NCBI GenBank assembly: GCA_951406725.2
Contig: OX597817.1
Location: 110,918,001 to 110,982,000, forward strand
Source of the DNA: Octopus vulgaris
Taxonomy: Eukaryota
Length of the DNA stretch: 64,000 bases
Reading direction: 5' to 3'
Below, one piece after another: positions 38,355 to 52,131 of the stretch; positions within the stretch are counted from its first letter, which is position 1; the number at the start of each line of letters is the position of its first letter. The translations under genes and the position numbers were made by a program. Below the pieces are notes generated by a model. The model ran no database searches. It saw only the letters and a list, made by a program, of their open reading frames with translations, and was not told the DNA's origin.

Positions 38355-38375
38355 TATATATGCATGCGTGTGTGT
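38098..38375. repeat. Compound (TA)/(TG) microsatellite
   Basis: Directly visible; source of five overlapping spurious ORFs. Confidence 0.97.
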
Positions 38376-38497
38376 ACGTATTTGTACATATAAAGTTGAC
38401 ATGGGCAATTCTTTCTTGTCTTGAGATTCACGGTCAAACAGCTGGGTGAAAAATTACACAGATGTGTAGAATGATCCGGTGATGTTGCTGGGCTTTG

Positions 38498-38727
38498 TAT
38501 TTTTTCATTGCACCCATGGTTACCGAGACAATCAACTATAATAATACTCCTGTGTTTATGAATGTGAAAGGAAAGGGTGATAGATAATTAAAGAAGGAAG
38601 GGGTGATGTCATATTTTTTCATAGCTCCCATGGTTACCGAGATAATCTACTATAATAATATTCTTGTGTTTATGAATGAGAAAAGAAGGGGTGATAGATG
38701 AATAAGGAAGGAAGGAGTGATGTCATA
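38498..38727. repeat. Tandem duplication, ~114 bp x2
   Basis: tattttttcat..cccatggttaccgaga.aatc.actataataata..tgtgtttatgaatg..gtgatgtcata repeated from 38498 and 38612. Confidence 0.92.
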
Positions 38728-39092
38728 CTTGGGAGTGAGATGATGAAAATTGTACGCTGAAAAACTAAATCAAACAGCGTTTCAACTCTGTGTGAATATA
38801 TGTGCATGTATGTAAAAGGGAGGGTATGTGAATGTGTGTATGTGTGCGCGTACAATGAAAGTCAGATGGTTCATCTTTGTTTGCTTAGTATTTGGGTTTA
38901 TTTTTTAATTTGGTTGAATCTTGGTTGTTTTTTTTTTTGTTGGTCAGTTATTTTTAGCGTTTTGACAGAAAAATGTCATTCTAAAATTGTTTTGTAATGT
39001 AAGTGTGCCCAAACAAGTTGAATGCTTACACAGAGCAGGTTTTACAGCCACATCATCCAAACCGGACCAGGTGAAACCAGGCTTAGCTGCTA

Positions 39093-39132
<40 letters not shown>

Positions 39133-40446
39133 GCATGCATGTGTGTGTGTGTATATCCATATGCATACACCTTTCCTTCACCTCTTTAAATTTTTGTATC
39201 ATTTTCACTCTGTGTAAGTTGGACCTATTTATATATATTTATACATATAAATTCATCAGTCATCATCTGAAAATTTCAACTTTTTGCTTTCTCTTGTTCT
39301 GCATATATACACATATACATATTTTGTATTTGATATACTTAATATATTTAAAATATTCGATGTGTCTAATTTGCTTATCTCGATAATTGCTTCTATTCAT
39401 GTGTGTGTTGTCACACACACACACATACTTTAAATGTTAAAGTGGAACATATATTTTATTCAATTGATACAATTCAGTGCAGTTTAAATTATAAAATTAA
39501 ATATTCCTCCCTTGTGCACCCACCTATTTTAAATGATGCATTACATCAACAAACATGGATTCAGTACATGTAAAAAGTACAAGGAAAATAAGTTTTCTAC
39601 TTATTTTTCATGTTTTCTAATATTCTTCCCACTTCTGAAATATTATAGTCAGAACGAGTTGGAACAGTTACAATACAGATACAGATCAGTACCAATGTTT
39701 CTCAGCTAATCACAGACAAAATTAAATTTAAAACATAGAAATTTTACAAGATTCTTTAGAAGAAATATTCTGCATAATTCAATTCTCAACTTGTAAGATG
39801 TAGAGGATTTAAGTGATATATGCTACTGGTAGAGTCTTTTTTTTTGTTAGATAATGCAAGCGGTTGTCATAAAGGATAAAGCTTAGTTATTTGCAGACTA
39901 ACTCTGGTAACTGAATTTATCCATTCTTCTTTCTAAGTATCTTCTTTGATGAATGTATTGATATGGTCTATAAGTAATATTAACAAAGTTAATGCAAAAA
40001 GAAAATAGTAAAAATAATAATGAATAAAAAGGATTTATGTTGCTTGAATTGAAATCAATGATTGCTATTGTTATCACTATATTGATAGTGGTGATGGTTT
40101 TCATGGTGGATTATTTTGTAAGTCTATTGTGTTCTTACATTAAAATAAGCATACTATAGAAATCAGATTTTCAATTTTCTGGGCTATAGTGTTGTAAAGG
40201 AAGCTTTATGTAAATAATTTCATAAGTTACTAATTCTGTTTTGCTTTAGCTAGTTATTCTTGTTTGTTATAGGATCTCAGTGTGTTATTCTCTGGACTTT
40301 CTGGGTCAAGCCCCTTCTTGATATTACATGTTGATCTTGCAAAAATCTGTGAGATAAGGAAACATATGATGAAAACCTATGCTAAAACAATACCTCAAAA
40401 TGACTAAGACTTTCAGTAAATTGTACCAATTCAGAAGTTGTAACTA

Positions 40447-40850
40447 TTTAGTGTCTTACCTGGGATTGAACTCAGAACATCTTTATCTACTACACTATGC
40501 CTGTAGGTTAATTTCTACAATGGACATATCATAGTAGATAAAGATGTTGATTAATGCAGTGCAGTCACCTAGATATTCTGAGTTCAATCCCAGGCAAGGT
40601 ACTAAGATAATTCACAACAAAATCAACTGAAACAAAACATATCATGAAACATAGAGAGCAGAATGAGAACAGTACACCCACATGGATCAAACAGAAAGTT
40701 AGGATCAAAATTCCAGCACAAGAGACCTGAATAAGGCTGGAACATACAGCAGCCGAAACATAGTGAAAGCAACAATCAAGATGAGGACACCAGTCCGACT
40801 AATATAAACAATACACATAATATAAATTCATCTCAGAAATATAGAATTGT
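40447..40850. mobile_element. tRNA-head hammerhead element, diverged subfamily (copy 3)
   Basis: Short inverted head (ttacctgggattgaactcagaacatct vs agatattctgagttcaatcccagg), decayed HHR gagac-CTGAATA-aggctg..cagcc-GAAA-cata at 40722-40765, then caagatgaggac..catctcagaaatatagaattgt tail. Confidence 0.7.
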
Positions 40851-40890
40851 CTTACTTATAAATCATGAAAATAAATTTTATATCAGTATT

Positions 40891-41237
40891 ATAGGTGCAG
40901 GAGTGGCTGTGTGGTAAGTAGCTTGTTTACTAACCACATGGTTCCAGGTTCAGTCCCACTGCGTGGCACCTTGGGCAAGTGTCTTCTACTATAGCCTCGG
41001 GCCAACCAAAAGCCTTGTGAGTGGATTTTGTAGATGGAAACTGAAAGAAGCCCGTCGTATATATGTATATATATGTGTGTCTCTGTTTGTCCCCCCAACA
41101 TCGCTTGACAACCAATACTGGTGTGTTTATGTCCCCGTAACAAGGAATAAGTCCTGGGGTCGATTTGCTCGACTAAAGGTGGTGCTCCAGTATGACCACA
41201 GTCAAATGACTGAAACAAGTAAAAGAGTAAAAAGAGT
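40891..41237 (+). mobile_element. SINE family B (internal deletion)
   Basis: A box tggctgtgtgg, B-box-like ggttcagtccc, ends gtaaaagagtaaaagag. Lacks ~50 bp present in the 48366 copy. Confidence 0.9.
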
Positions 41238-41698
41238 GTATTTCTTCTGCTTCGGTGGTAAATATTTTTTGTTCTTAACACAATACTAGAAGTCATTATA
41301 CAATATGTTTAGTAATACAGTCATCATGCTTATCCTTCCTTATCAATAAATATAAAATGCAGAGTTCAAAAATGGCCTACATTACACTTTATTAGTTTCA
41401 AGACATAATGGTATAAATTGAAAAGGAATTTAATTTTATTTTCCTTTTAAAGAAAGAGGGGGAACCCCCCCCCCCCCAAAAAAAAATACAAATCGATTAA
41501 AGTTCTTTTAACCTTAGACCTATCACAGTTCTGCAACCTGATTTGGTTAATATACTGATTTTTATCAAGATAGATGTAGATAAGAACATGTTTTACTTGG
41601 AAAGTACCTGTCTTCCTGCATATGGTAACTATTACATTCACTACTATAACCAAATGGAACAGGTACAAAATATTTCCAGATGGTATTAGCACGTGTAC

Positions 41699-41701
<3 letters not shown>

Positions 41702-41738
<37 letters not shown>

Positions 41739-41765
41739 CTGTCTGTCTGTCTATCTCTCTCTCTC

Positions 41766-41802
<37 letters not shown>

Positions 41803-41815
41803 ATTTATCTATCTA
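41702..41815. repeat. (CA)n-(CT)n microsatellite
   Basis: Directly visible. Confidence 0.97.
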
Positions 41816-42956
41816 TCACATTCTCTCATTCATTCTCACACAAATTACCAAACTCTTCTTTAGAAACATTAAGTATCTCAATTGACTGACAAGATTTTAT
41901 GAGATAAATAGCTAACTGCTTTTTACTTCCTTCCTGTTTCTGTAGTTAAGACCATATAATCAGATGAGATATTTTTAATCATATGATTTTCATTCTTTTG
42001 CACAATCAGGGGCTACTTTATCCCATTTCACTTAATCTGTAATAAATGTTGTCAAGCTTTATCAGAAAAAGATCATTTTGTAGATTTACTGATTTTTGTG
42101 TTCGAATGTGTCAGTATGTGAGTGTGTGTATGCATGTGTGTGTGGCTGTACACCTTTGGTTAGTACATCATGGCTTAATGAGTATTGAACAAACTAGAAT
42201 GGTTGGAAGTAGAATGAGAAATTATCCCTCTTTTATAGATGATAAAGTATACTGTAAACGTGTTACACTGGCAGAACTACTAAATAAGTAATGTTTAACA
42301 CATGATAATTATACATGCATAGGTATATATATATATATATGTGTGTGGATGTGTGTGTGTGTGTGTGTACACTTAGACACACACACACACACATATATAT
42401 ACAGTTTGTGAAGAGTTTTTGTACTTTAATAAAATCATATTACTCTACCTTCGGTATTTGAGTACTATTTCTTTCCACCTTGTTTCACATTTATGTGCTT
42501 ACTCGTGTGTGTGTATGTGTGTGTGAGTGTACATATTAATGTCATCATCATTATCATCATCATTTTTATGCCTGGCATTTCAAATCTGGCATTTGTTGAG
42601 CAAGATTTAATGAGGCAATACAGTACAACTAGATACCCTTCTTGTTACCAATCTGCAGTTGTTTTTAAAGCCAGGTGTTTTTATTATGCTAATCTTTCTT
42701 CACTGCTATATTGTGCGTGAGAAATGTAAGCAGTTGCGCAGATTTTCAAAAGATGTTAATGTGAAGACATGCTGAAACAGTGTGCATGCACTCACATGCA
42801 GATGTACACATGTATGGCAGGCTTCCATAGAGTTTCCATCCATCAGCTATCATTGGTTGGCTTAAAGCTATAGTAGAAGACCCTTGTCAAGGTGCCATGC
42901 AATGGGATGAAATCTGAAATCACATGATTGCAAAGTGAACTTGAAAACCACATGAC

Positions 42957-43000
<44 letters not shown>

Positions 43001-43859
43001 ATGCATGCATGCATGTGTTTGTGTAAAAAATAGAACTTTAGCAAAATAGTGGTGGTTTGTGATGGTAAAAATTATACAGTGATAGAGAAAGAGAAATATA
43101 TACAATAGCTAATCTTGTTGCAAACGAACTTATTTGTTTTGATTATATTATGAGTTCATAAATCAAATAACATAATTCATTAATTTAACTTATTTAATTG
43201 GGAGCTTCATTAGAGCATTGAACAAAATGACTTATAGTATTAAGCTATAACTACTCACATTAATTTTTCTGGTTAGAGTTGATTTAATTTATTTTCCTCT
43301 CTCTTAAAGCTTGAGTTCATATGCCAATGTTAGACACTAGTAGTTTAACTTATTTAATCATTCAGTTATGCATTTTCTATTATTAATTTTGTGTGAACTT
43401 TGTGTTAATCAGAGATCACACCCATAGATTCTATGTACACGTACCTACTCATATACATACATACATACATACATGTGTGTGTGTGGATATATGTACCATT
43501 CATCCATTTTTCTATGCTTGCATGGGTCAGATGGAATTTGTCGAGGCAAACTTTTTTCTATGGCTGGATGCTCTTCTTGTTGCTAACCCTCATCTGTATA
43601 ATGGTGATACTTATTTATAATCATCACATAATGTTGAGAAAAGGGTATGCACATACACACAGTCACAATGGTACAGTGGGCTTCTTGCAGTTTATGTCTA
43701 CCAAATCCATTTACTAGGCTTTAGTTGACCTGGGGATATAACAGAAGACACTTGCTCAAAGCGCCAAGCAGTGGGACTGAATCTGAAATATCATGGTTGG
43801 GAAGCAGTCATCGTAACTACACAGCCATGCTTGTGTCTATGCGTGTGTGTGTGTGTGTG

Positions 43860-43890
<31 letters not shown>

Positions 43891-46172
43891 CAATGATTGG
43901 ATCAGTATGACATGGTCTCAGATCCATAGAGGTAGGGAGTAACTCTGAATGACCTAAGCTGTGACAAGTCATTTAGTTTATACTAACATGGAAAAGTAGA
44001 TGTGAAATTGATGTTGATTATATATATATATAATGAAATACAATAATTCTGAGTTCTTAATTAGTATCAGGCAATTAAGTAGTTTTAAGTACATTTTAAA
44101 GTGATATGATCCAGCCCCTCAGCAACTGTACCTCTGTCTGTCTCTGTCTCCTCCTTCCTTTTCTCTCCCCTGTCTCTGTTACACATACATACACACTTTG
44201 CTCACTTATCCCATTGTGTATATCTCTCTCTTCCCCCACTTGTGTGTGTGCATGCACACAATCACACACAACACACTATCATCTGTTTTATGCTTGTTAT
44301 AAAGAACAGAACATAAGCAGCTAATTATCTTTTTATTGCAGATTTTTATCAACTTTTAACTGGTTCCAGCATAATTATTACCAAATTTAAGGGTTTACAG
44401 CAAAAATATGTTATGTTTGTCATAGTGTCAACATGAAAGTACATAGCTTATCGTGACATTATAGAACTTCCTTAGAAACTTCTATTTCTTTGTAAAAATA
44501 TAATCTTATCATTAAAATTTTACTTAGACTATATGTTACAATCTAGATATGTTCAGAGATTATGTAAGTACATATTAATTTTTGATATGGCTAGTGTTAG
44601 TGAGGAAATACATTCATAAAATGTACCCAAGGGAAACTGAAAGACATAAAAAAAATATTTGCTCATAGTCTGTGAATGCATGAAAGGAAGTGATGATACA
44701 TGGCGCAGATTACACTATCTGTAATTGGTTGCTTAGCGAGAGGAATGACTAAGGTTAAAAGGCAAATAAACTAGACAGTGAATTGTCAGAGATATTAGAG
44801 GGTCACATGAAATGCCTTGCAATGCTTTTTTGTTGCCTAGGATGGTGGACTGGTGGAAATGTTAGACTGTTGAATGTGATGCTTTGCAGTACTTGTTCCA
44901 TCATTTTGCATTCTTGTCTTAGCTTACTTGTAGACTTAATCCATTGCCCTCTTTAACACCACTTTGTCCTTGGTGCCTTTAGTGATGTCCACTTGTTGCA
45001 AGCATTCAGGCCATGTGTCTAATTTGAGGATGTCTTCCTTTCTTTGCTCCTTCCTTCCATTCTACCACTCTTGGAAGGTATTCAAAGAGCTGTGGTCACT
45101 GCCCCTTCTTCTGACTAAAAGATAAAAATAATAAACATGGGTCAGTAAGCTGTTGGAGAAATGTATAAGTATAGGTAAAATATAATTATTGTTTGTTTAG
45201 ATCCAAGTCATCTCTGAACAGACCTATGACCAAAGGCATACCAGCTATGACCATTCCATCTTTGGTTATGGTGGAGCTTAATCAATTTCATCAACTTAGT
45301 ACTTTATTTTATGGGCCCTGAAGATATGAAAGGTAAAGTTGACCTTGCTAGGGTTTGAACTCAGAACATATATTGTCAGAATAAATACTGTATAGCATTT
45401 TTTTCTGATGCTCTAATAATGATTCTGCCAATCCACCACCACCACCATTATCATCATTTAACATCCGTTTTCCATGCTAGCATGGACTGGACTGTTTAAC
45501 AGGAGCTGGCAAGGCTGGGAGTTATCCAGGCTCCATTGTCTGTTATGGTATGGTTTCTCTAGTCAGATGCCCTTCTTAATGCCAACAACTTTACAGAGTG
45601 TACTGGGTGTTTTTTACGTGGCACCAACATGGGTGATTTTCACATGGCACTTGCACATGTGCTTTTCACATGGCACTAGCACTCTCAGGGTCACCAAGTG
45701 CCTTGCAAAAAGATAAAAGAGATAAAGCAAAACCCCTTGACTGGGAATGGGGAGAAATATTGAGGGATGAGTGGCTTTGTGCCAGTTGAGAGATTAAACA
45801 CAAAGGTAGTGTGAGAAATATAGTGAAGATGTGTTGGGACATGCATTTGAAGGACTTTGGTTGTGGCAAGAATAGGTGAAGTAATACAGAGCTTTGGACT
45901 GGATGAGAGTGCAGGATAGAGGTGACTATAGCAAATGATGGAAAGAAATGCAAGAGAGGCTTGGGGGAAGGGGTTGCTGTAGGTATGTGAGGACAGGGTA
46001 GGTGATGAGAGGCAAGTGAGTTGTGACAGTCCATAGGGGAAAATAATCATAAATGGTAGTGGTTTGGGGTGGGGAAGAAAGGTGACTGAGAAAGCTGGGG
46101 CATGTGATATGTGCCTATGTTGTTTTCAGGTGATAGAGAAGTGATGGGTGTTAAGGGTATAATAATAATAAT

Positions 46173-46302
46173 GATCCTTTCTACTTTAGGCACAAGGCCT
46201 GAAATTTGGGTGAGGGGGATAATTGATTACATTTGACTCCAGTGTTTCACTGGTACTTAATTTTATTGACCCCGAAAGGATGAAAGGCTAACTCGACCTC
46301 GG
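46173..46302 (-). mobile_element. SINE family A, 5'-truncated, in (TAA)n
   Basis: atcctttctactttaggcacaaggcc..gaccccgaaaggatgaaaggc..cgacctcgg. Confidence 0.85.
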
Positions 46303-48365
46303 AATAATAATAATAATAGTAATAATAACAATAATAATAATAATAATCCATAATACAACATGAATTTAAATTAGCCTTTATTCACTATAATTTTCAAGAG
46401 TATCCACCACAGAGTTAGTTGTTTATAAGGGTATTCATAACAACAACAGCAGGTAGTAATTTCAGTATCTTCTATAATTCAAACATTTCTATTGTCAATT
46501 TAATACAAGATAATTTACATAAAGTTATTGCATTCTTCTCTTACTAACACAGACACACACACACAATATTATCAATGTAATATCTGCAAGTTTCAATATT
46601 CTTAAGTGTGATCACATAATACAGAATATTCAAGTGAATCATATCTTTCTATGGGTCTTTTAATGTGAGTAGATTGATGCAGCACAAAGGCAATAAATGG
46701 TTCAATATTTTGTAGTATTTGATCAGGTTGTTATACAGGTGCTTCATCAAGAATCAGAATAGACAAGTCAAGGTGATTTGGAGGAATATTAATATTTACA
46801 ATTGAAGCACGCACATAATACGTAACCTCAGCTTGAGTGTCTCCTGATTGGACCAGGTCCCTTATTGCTGCTGTATCTTCTCAATCACTGGAAACATGAA
46901 TGTCAGTATACTGGAAGTTCCAATAGGCTAACTTCTTGAGCTAAATGTATTGCCTTTTTAACCAAAGTACATCCTATCAGAACCTTTCCAAGCAAGGAAA
47001 GACGAATTGCCATGTTCATTTCTGTAGTTTTTTTTCAAGTAAAGGCAAAAAGATGCTCGTGTGGTGTTGTGTTTGTAGATATACACAATATAAATCAAAA
47101 TAACATGATGCATTGAGTAAAACAGATCCTTGCATAGGGATAAATAGGTTTTCAGGTAATGTTGATATCATGTGTTTCCTGATGATACTAATGTAATGTT
47201 TGCACTGCCTATTTTTGATGGGTTGATATGGGAGCAGGTGACTAGTTGAGATACTCCTGTTAAGTAAAAAAAAGACTCTTGTTTTCAATCATTATTAAAT
47301 CTCAGAACGAGATGTAAACAGTAATCGCTCGACAATGTAAAGTATAAAAGCCATCTCAATATGGCTAACCACAAAGGGGAGGGGGTGTTACTGTAGCTTT
47401 TTAGCCCCAGGAGATCATCGTCTCCAGCTGGCTTTAAACATACTTTCTGTACCCTTTAGGTATTTGCAAAGGGAGGCCATCCCTTTCTCGTAAGCCTGAG
47501 TGATATGCACCAGACCGGTTTCGAGATTATTGTCTCTTCTTGTCTTTCATCGTGATCTGGTGATTACCAGATGTTATTGGCAAAATAAGTGAAATAAAGT
47601 AGTTACCAAGTACGATTATAGATGGACCAATAAGTCCCTTTAAGAGAAGTTTATATTTTCTCAATATCATTTGTAGTAATAATAATTTTTTATTAAGGTC
47701 ATATATCAGCAGGTAGAATGCTGTCAATGAAATCAACCCCAGTATGGTATGTATTTTATTGAGCCCAAAAGGGTAAAAGACAAAGCCAACTCTGGCAGAA
47801 TTTGCATTCAGAAAGTATAACAGTGCTATTAAATAATGTAAATAAAACATTTAATCTTGCACATTACCAGTTCTACTCCTCCATCCTTTTGCTGTCATTC
47901 TAAATTTGCTTTATTTAAAGTCTGTGGTGATAACATTAATCTTATATAGATAAATCAAGTCTACATGAACTCTTGTAACATAATTAAATGGTGGGCTGGT
48001 AGAGCCTGGAATTCTTTTTTGTCTTTTTTGCAAGTTGCTTTCTGAAGTGGCAGCATTCTAACTAATGAAGGTTAACCATATCAAGGTTATTGTTTGTTGT
48101 AAGCCTGAGATAAAAAAGGTTGCAATTATTAATTTAAAGGTGTAATTCTGGAGTGTACAGTGAATCTTGCCATCTGGGGTCTGGAGCTTTTATTATCATA
48201 AAAGAGAGAATAAAACAGTCTATTCAGAAATAGCTGGTCATCTGTTGTGTAATTGTGACTGCTACTGCATAGAGATAAACTCCCAGTGAACCAGTTGTAC
48301 AACCTGGCTTTGATTCTTGGTTGAAATTTACACAGAAAAAAAAAAAAAAAAAAGCAAAAACATGT

Positions 48366-48786
48366 ATAGGTGCAGGAGTGGCTGTGTGGTAAGTAGCTTG
48401 TTTACCAACCACATGGTTCTGGGTTCAGTCCCACTGCATGGCACCTTGGGCAAGTGTCTTCTACTACAGCCTCGGGCTGACCAAAGCCTTGTGAGTGGAT
48501 TTGGTAGACGGAAACTGAAAGAAGCCCGTCGTATATATGTATATATATATATATATGCGTGTGTGTGTTTGTGTGCCTGTGTTTGTCCCCCTAGCATTGC
48601 TTGACAACCGATGCTGGTGTGTTTATGTCCCCGTTACTTAGCGGTTCAGCAAAAGAGACCGATAGAATAAGTACTGGGCTTACAAAAGTATAAGTCCCGG
48701 AGTCGATTGCTTGATTAAAGGTGGTGCTCCAGCATGGCTGCGGTCAGATGACTGAAACAAGTAAAAGAGTGAAAGAGAGAAAGAGA
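48366..48786 (+). mobile_element. SINE family B, full length
   Basis: tRNA-like head, central block, internal (TA)/(TG), 3' aagtaaaagag repeats. Decayed copies near 5050-5212, 9140-9260, 42815-42960, 43675-43835 and 56600-56770. Confidence 0.9.
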
Positions 48787-50447
48787 ATATTACAAATTCT
48801 TTAGTACCTAAGAAAAGTGTGCATATCACAGATTCTCATTTTCTTCTATAATCATGATGCTGAGGCCATATGTAAAATATCTAATTTTGTTGAAAATCAA
48901 TTCTGTCCTGAATCCAGTAGTAAAATTTGTTTTGTATTCAAGCCTCACTTTTTTACCCCAATAAATACAAAAATGTGTTATGGTGAATATTATCTTTTGA
49001 AAAGCTCTAACATGCTAAATGAGAGCTCTTCAGAATTTGAACCTAAATGAATTTTTCTATGACATTGCACAAGAGTGAGTTGACACATCGCTAATGAAAT
49101 GCCACTACTGATTTTAATAAAATCAAAGTTTTACTCCTTTTCTTCTTTGCTTTTTTTCTATTGAGATCAGGATTCTATTGCTAAATTTCCGTGTTTTATC
49201 ATATGCTGAAGACTCAAGACTTTTTATAAGTTACTCTATTTAATGGCATATAAGTTGTATGACCTTTCCTCATTTCAATAAGGAGTAGATTTGATTGAAT
49301 TTAAATATTTAAGGTTTATTGAAATATGTAGCTTCTTTATAGAAGGAAAATGTTAATGCAAAGCAGCAAACTAGACATCAAAAAAATTCATTTCAATAAC
49401 ATTAAGTTGATACTGTTGGTTGTGAGTGTGAATACAAATTTTTGGTGTACAATGATAGATGGCATCAGAATCAGGTAATGATGGTAATGAATTTTAACAT
49501 TACTATTTCTCACCATTCCCCAAATTTCAAGGTTGTTTCAAAAGCTAATGGATGTTTTCAAGTTAAAAGAAAGAATAAAATAAGTACGAGAGCTGAGACA
49601 TAGTTTCTAAGAGTTGCAATTTTAGCAATAGGTATGACTTAATTTTTTAGCAATTTAGTGTTGCCTGAACAAAAATTAGTCTCTAGACTTTTTTTAACTG
49701 AAGTACTGATGACAACAACAGTGCTGCCACCACCATCCATGTCGTCTGTAGGACACTTCTAGTTCAACATGAGAGCCAACACATTACACTCTTTGTACAA
49801 CACACACAGCACACACTTTCATACAATCTTCGCCCAATAAAATTACTCATTCAATGCATACTCTACATAGGCATAAAGACCACCTACAATGGTCTTCTGT
49901 GACATTTTTGTATGGTGTACTCAAAACATAATGGCTTAGTATTAAAATTATGTAATATAATATTTAGATTCAACTCCAATATATTTTTTATAATTTGTTT
50001 AGTGTAATGTATGACGCATTCTGTACTATATGCAATATTTGTGAAATTATTCTTTTAGTAATGCGTTCCAGTTTATGATAAGCAGTATGTGATAAGATCC
50101 ACTCTCCAAAATCTGCTACAGAATAATATAACACAACTCGTACACACTGCCATCTTAAAACAAGGGTACACTTAGCAGTTGCCTAGAGGCTTCATTGGTC
50201 TGAGGCACTCAAAGTTAATCTTATACAACCCACATTCTGTACAATTGCCACTCAATGATATGACACAAAATCACACAGGCCATAGTCTGTGCAATTACCA
50301 ACTGACACTAAAACACATACTACAACTTACATTACACATAAAAAACATAATCACCACTCGGCAAAAACAGGAACTTCAAAAAAAAAAAACAACAACTTAT
50401 ATTGCACATATTGGTTTCAAATTTTGGCACAGGTTTAGCAAGTTTGG

Positions 50448-50700
50448 GGTTTACAATTAAAAAGGATAATCAGAACCAATTTAAATGATTTAGTGGAGTA
50501 GCTGACAAAAATTCAAGTAAACAAATGAGTCTATTAAAAACAACTGGAAATATATACAAAGACAAGTGTACATTACAAAGGTTCATGTGGAAAGAGAAAA
50601 ATGTTCAGATTTATAAAAAAGCAATGAATCAAGTATATATACATATAAGAGAAACTATCCAAAAGCTTTCAATTATCTTTCATCTATCATAAATCTCTAT
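50448..50700 (+). mobile_element. R4/Dong RT-thumb fragment (inverted half)
   Basis: QLKRIIRTNLND..LLKTTGNIYKDKCTLQR, a decayed match to the KxIxxSxLN..RKLLT..RLY region. The first 149 bp duplicate 51818-51965 in inverted orientation. Right boundary uncertain. Confidence 0.55.
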
Positions 50701-51246
50701 AGCTATCTTTCAGATAATAGAGAAACACAATATTTTTTAGATCTTGTTAGTAAGACCATCTGGAAAAGCAATGACATTTGGGTAAACAAAGCCAGAATAA
50801 ATCCTGTGGCTATATCAAATTAGCCATTCAGTATTTATATGAACCAGCAGTGACTTAAACAAGAATACTTTACTCAATTGAGAATAGTTTTCAGCATTAG
50901 ACAGAAAATCCACAGAACCCATATCACACACAAACAAACACTCACATTTTCTGAATGATTTATCACATATTACATTTTGGTGTGCAAGTATGTAGTAACT
51001 TCCAAATTTTGGTCTCATGATAATATCCAAGAAGTGAGACATAGCAAATTTCAGCAGACTATTATCATAGTTGTTAAAATGTGCACACACACACATGTCA
51101 ATGCATAGCCAAGAAAATATTTAGTATTAAAACTAATATTGCTAAGATTTTCAGTTTATGAATGCTCAAGTCTGGATCTAAACCAACTGACTTAAGCACA
51201 GAGTCCACCAACAATGGGTGGTTTGTCTGTTATTATTATAAAGGAG

Positions 51247-51445
51247 AAGGTGGCAAGCTGGTAGAATCGTTAGCTTAACAGCATTTCATCCGCCTTTATA
51301 TTCTGAGTTCAAATTCCACCAAGGCTGACTTTGCCTGTGATCCTTTTGGACCAGTGAAACACTGAGGTCAATGTAATCAGCTAGTCCCCTCCCCAAATAT
51401 CAAGCCTTGTGCCTGTAGTAGAAAAGATTACTATTATTATTATTA
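51247..51445 (+). mobile_element. SINE family A (internal deletion)
   Basis: aaggtggcaagctggtagaatcgttagc..ccttgtgcctgtagtagaaaagatta. Confidence 0.82.
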
Positions 51446-51677
51446 GAAATAAAGTAAAATGAAATAAATCATTATCATAATGTTTCTAACTATATTTTAT
51501 GCAAGTTTCTAAATACACCACCGGATGTACATCTATGTTCTTAAGGCATGACATTTTATAATGTAAAATTGTGTTTGAATGCTAAAGCTTTGATTTTTAT
51601 TTATTTATTTGTATAATTTGTTTTGTTTAATGTAATATCATTTCAGTGTTCTATCTATAATATGTTCATTATGAGTT

Positions 51678-51817
51678 AAGGTGGCAAGCTGGTAGAATGG
51701 CTAGTATATTGCGCAGAATGCTTAGCAGCATTTCATCCATCTTTATGCTCTGACTTCAAATTCTACTGAGGTTGACTTTGCCTTTCACCCTTTTGGAGTC
51801 AATAAAATAAGTACCAG
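51678..51817 (+). mobile_element. SINE family A, 3'-truncated at an inversion breakpoint
   Basis: Ends abruptly at aagtaccag. The missing tail is present on - at 50409-50449. Confidence 0.8.
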
Positions 51818-52131
51818 CTCTTTTCACATGAACCTTTGTAATGTACACTTGTCTTTGTATATATTTCTAGTTGTTTTTAATAGATTCATTTGTTTACTTG
51901 AATTTTGTCACTTACTCCACTCAATCATTTAAACTGGTTCTGATTATCCTTTTTAATTGTAAACCAGTATTTTTTCTGTAAATTTCATTGTTGGATATGT
52001 ATGTACAGATGGAAATGCTGCTCATCTGATTTACAATTCTCCCTTATTTCACAATCATATAGGAACATTTATCTTGCCCAAATTTCATTATTATATCCTC
52101 CAAGAATGTTGTAACCAGGTTAAAGCTTTTA
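51818..52131 (-). mobile_element. R4/Dong RT fragment
   Basis: NLVTTFLEDIIMKFGQDKCSYMIVK*G (FSxDIxMxFGxDKC motif), then QLKRIIRTSLND. Confidence 0.75.

Noticed and set aside
38059-38449. Cluster of YI/CV/HT-rich ORFs
   Set aside because: Translations of TA/TG dinucleotide repeats.
46740-46900. Minus-strand AAIRDLVQSGDTQAEV, reminiscent of a Tc1 HTH start
   Set aside because: The similarity does not continue and no TIRs were found.
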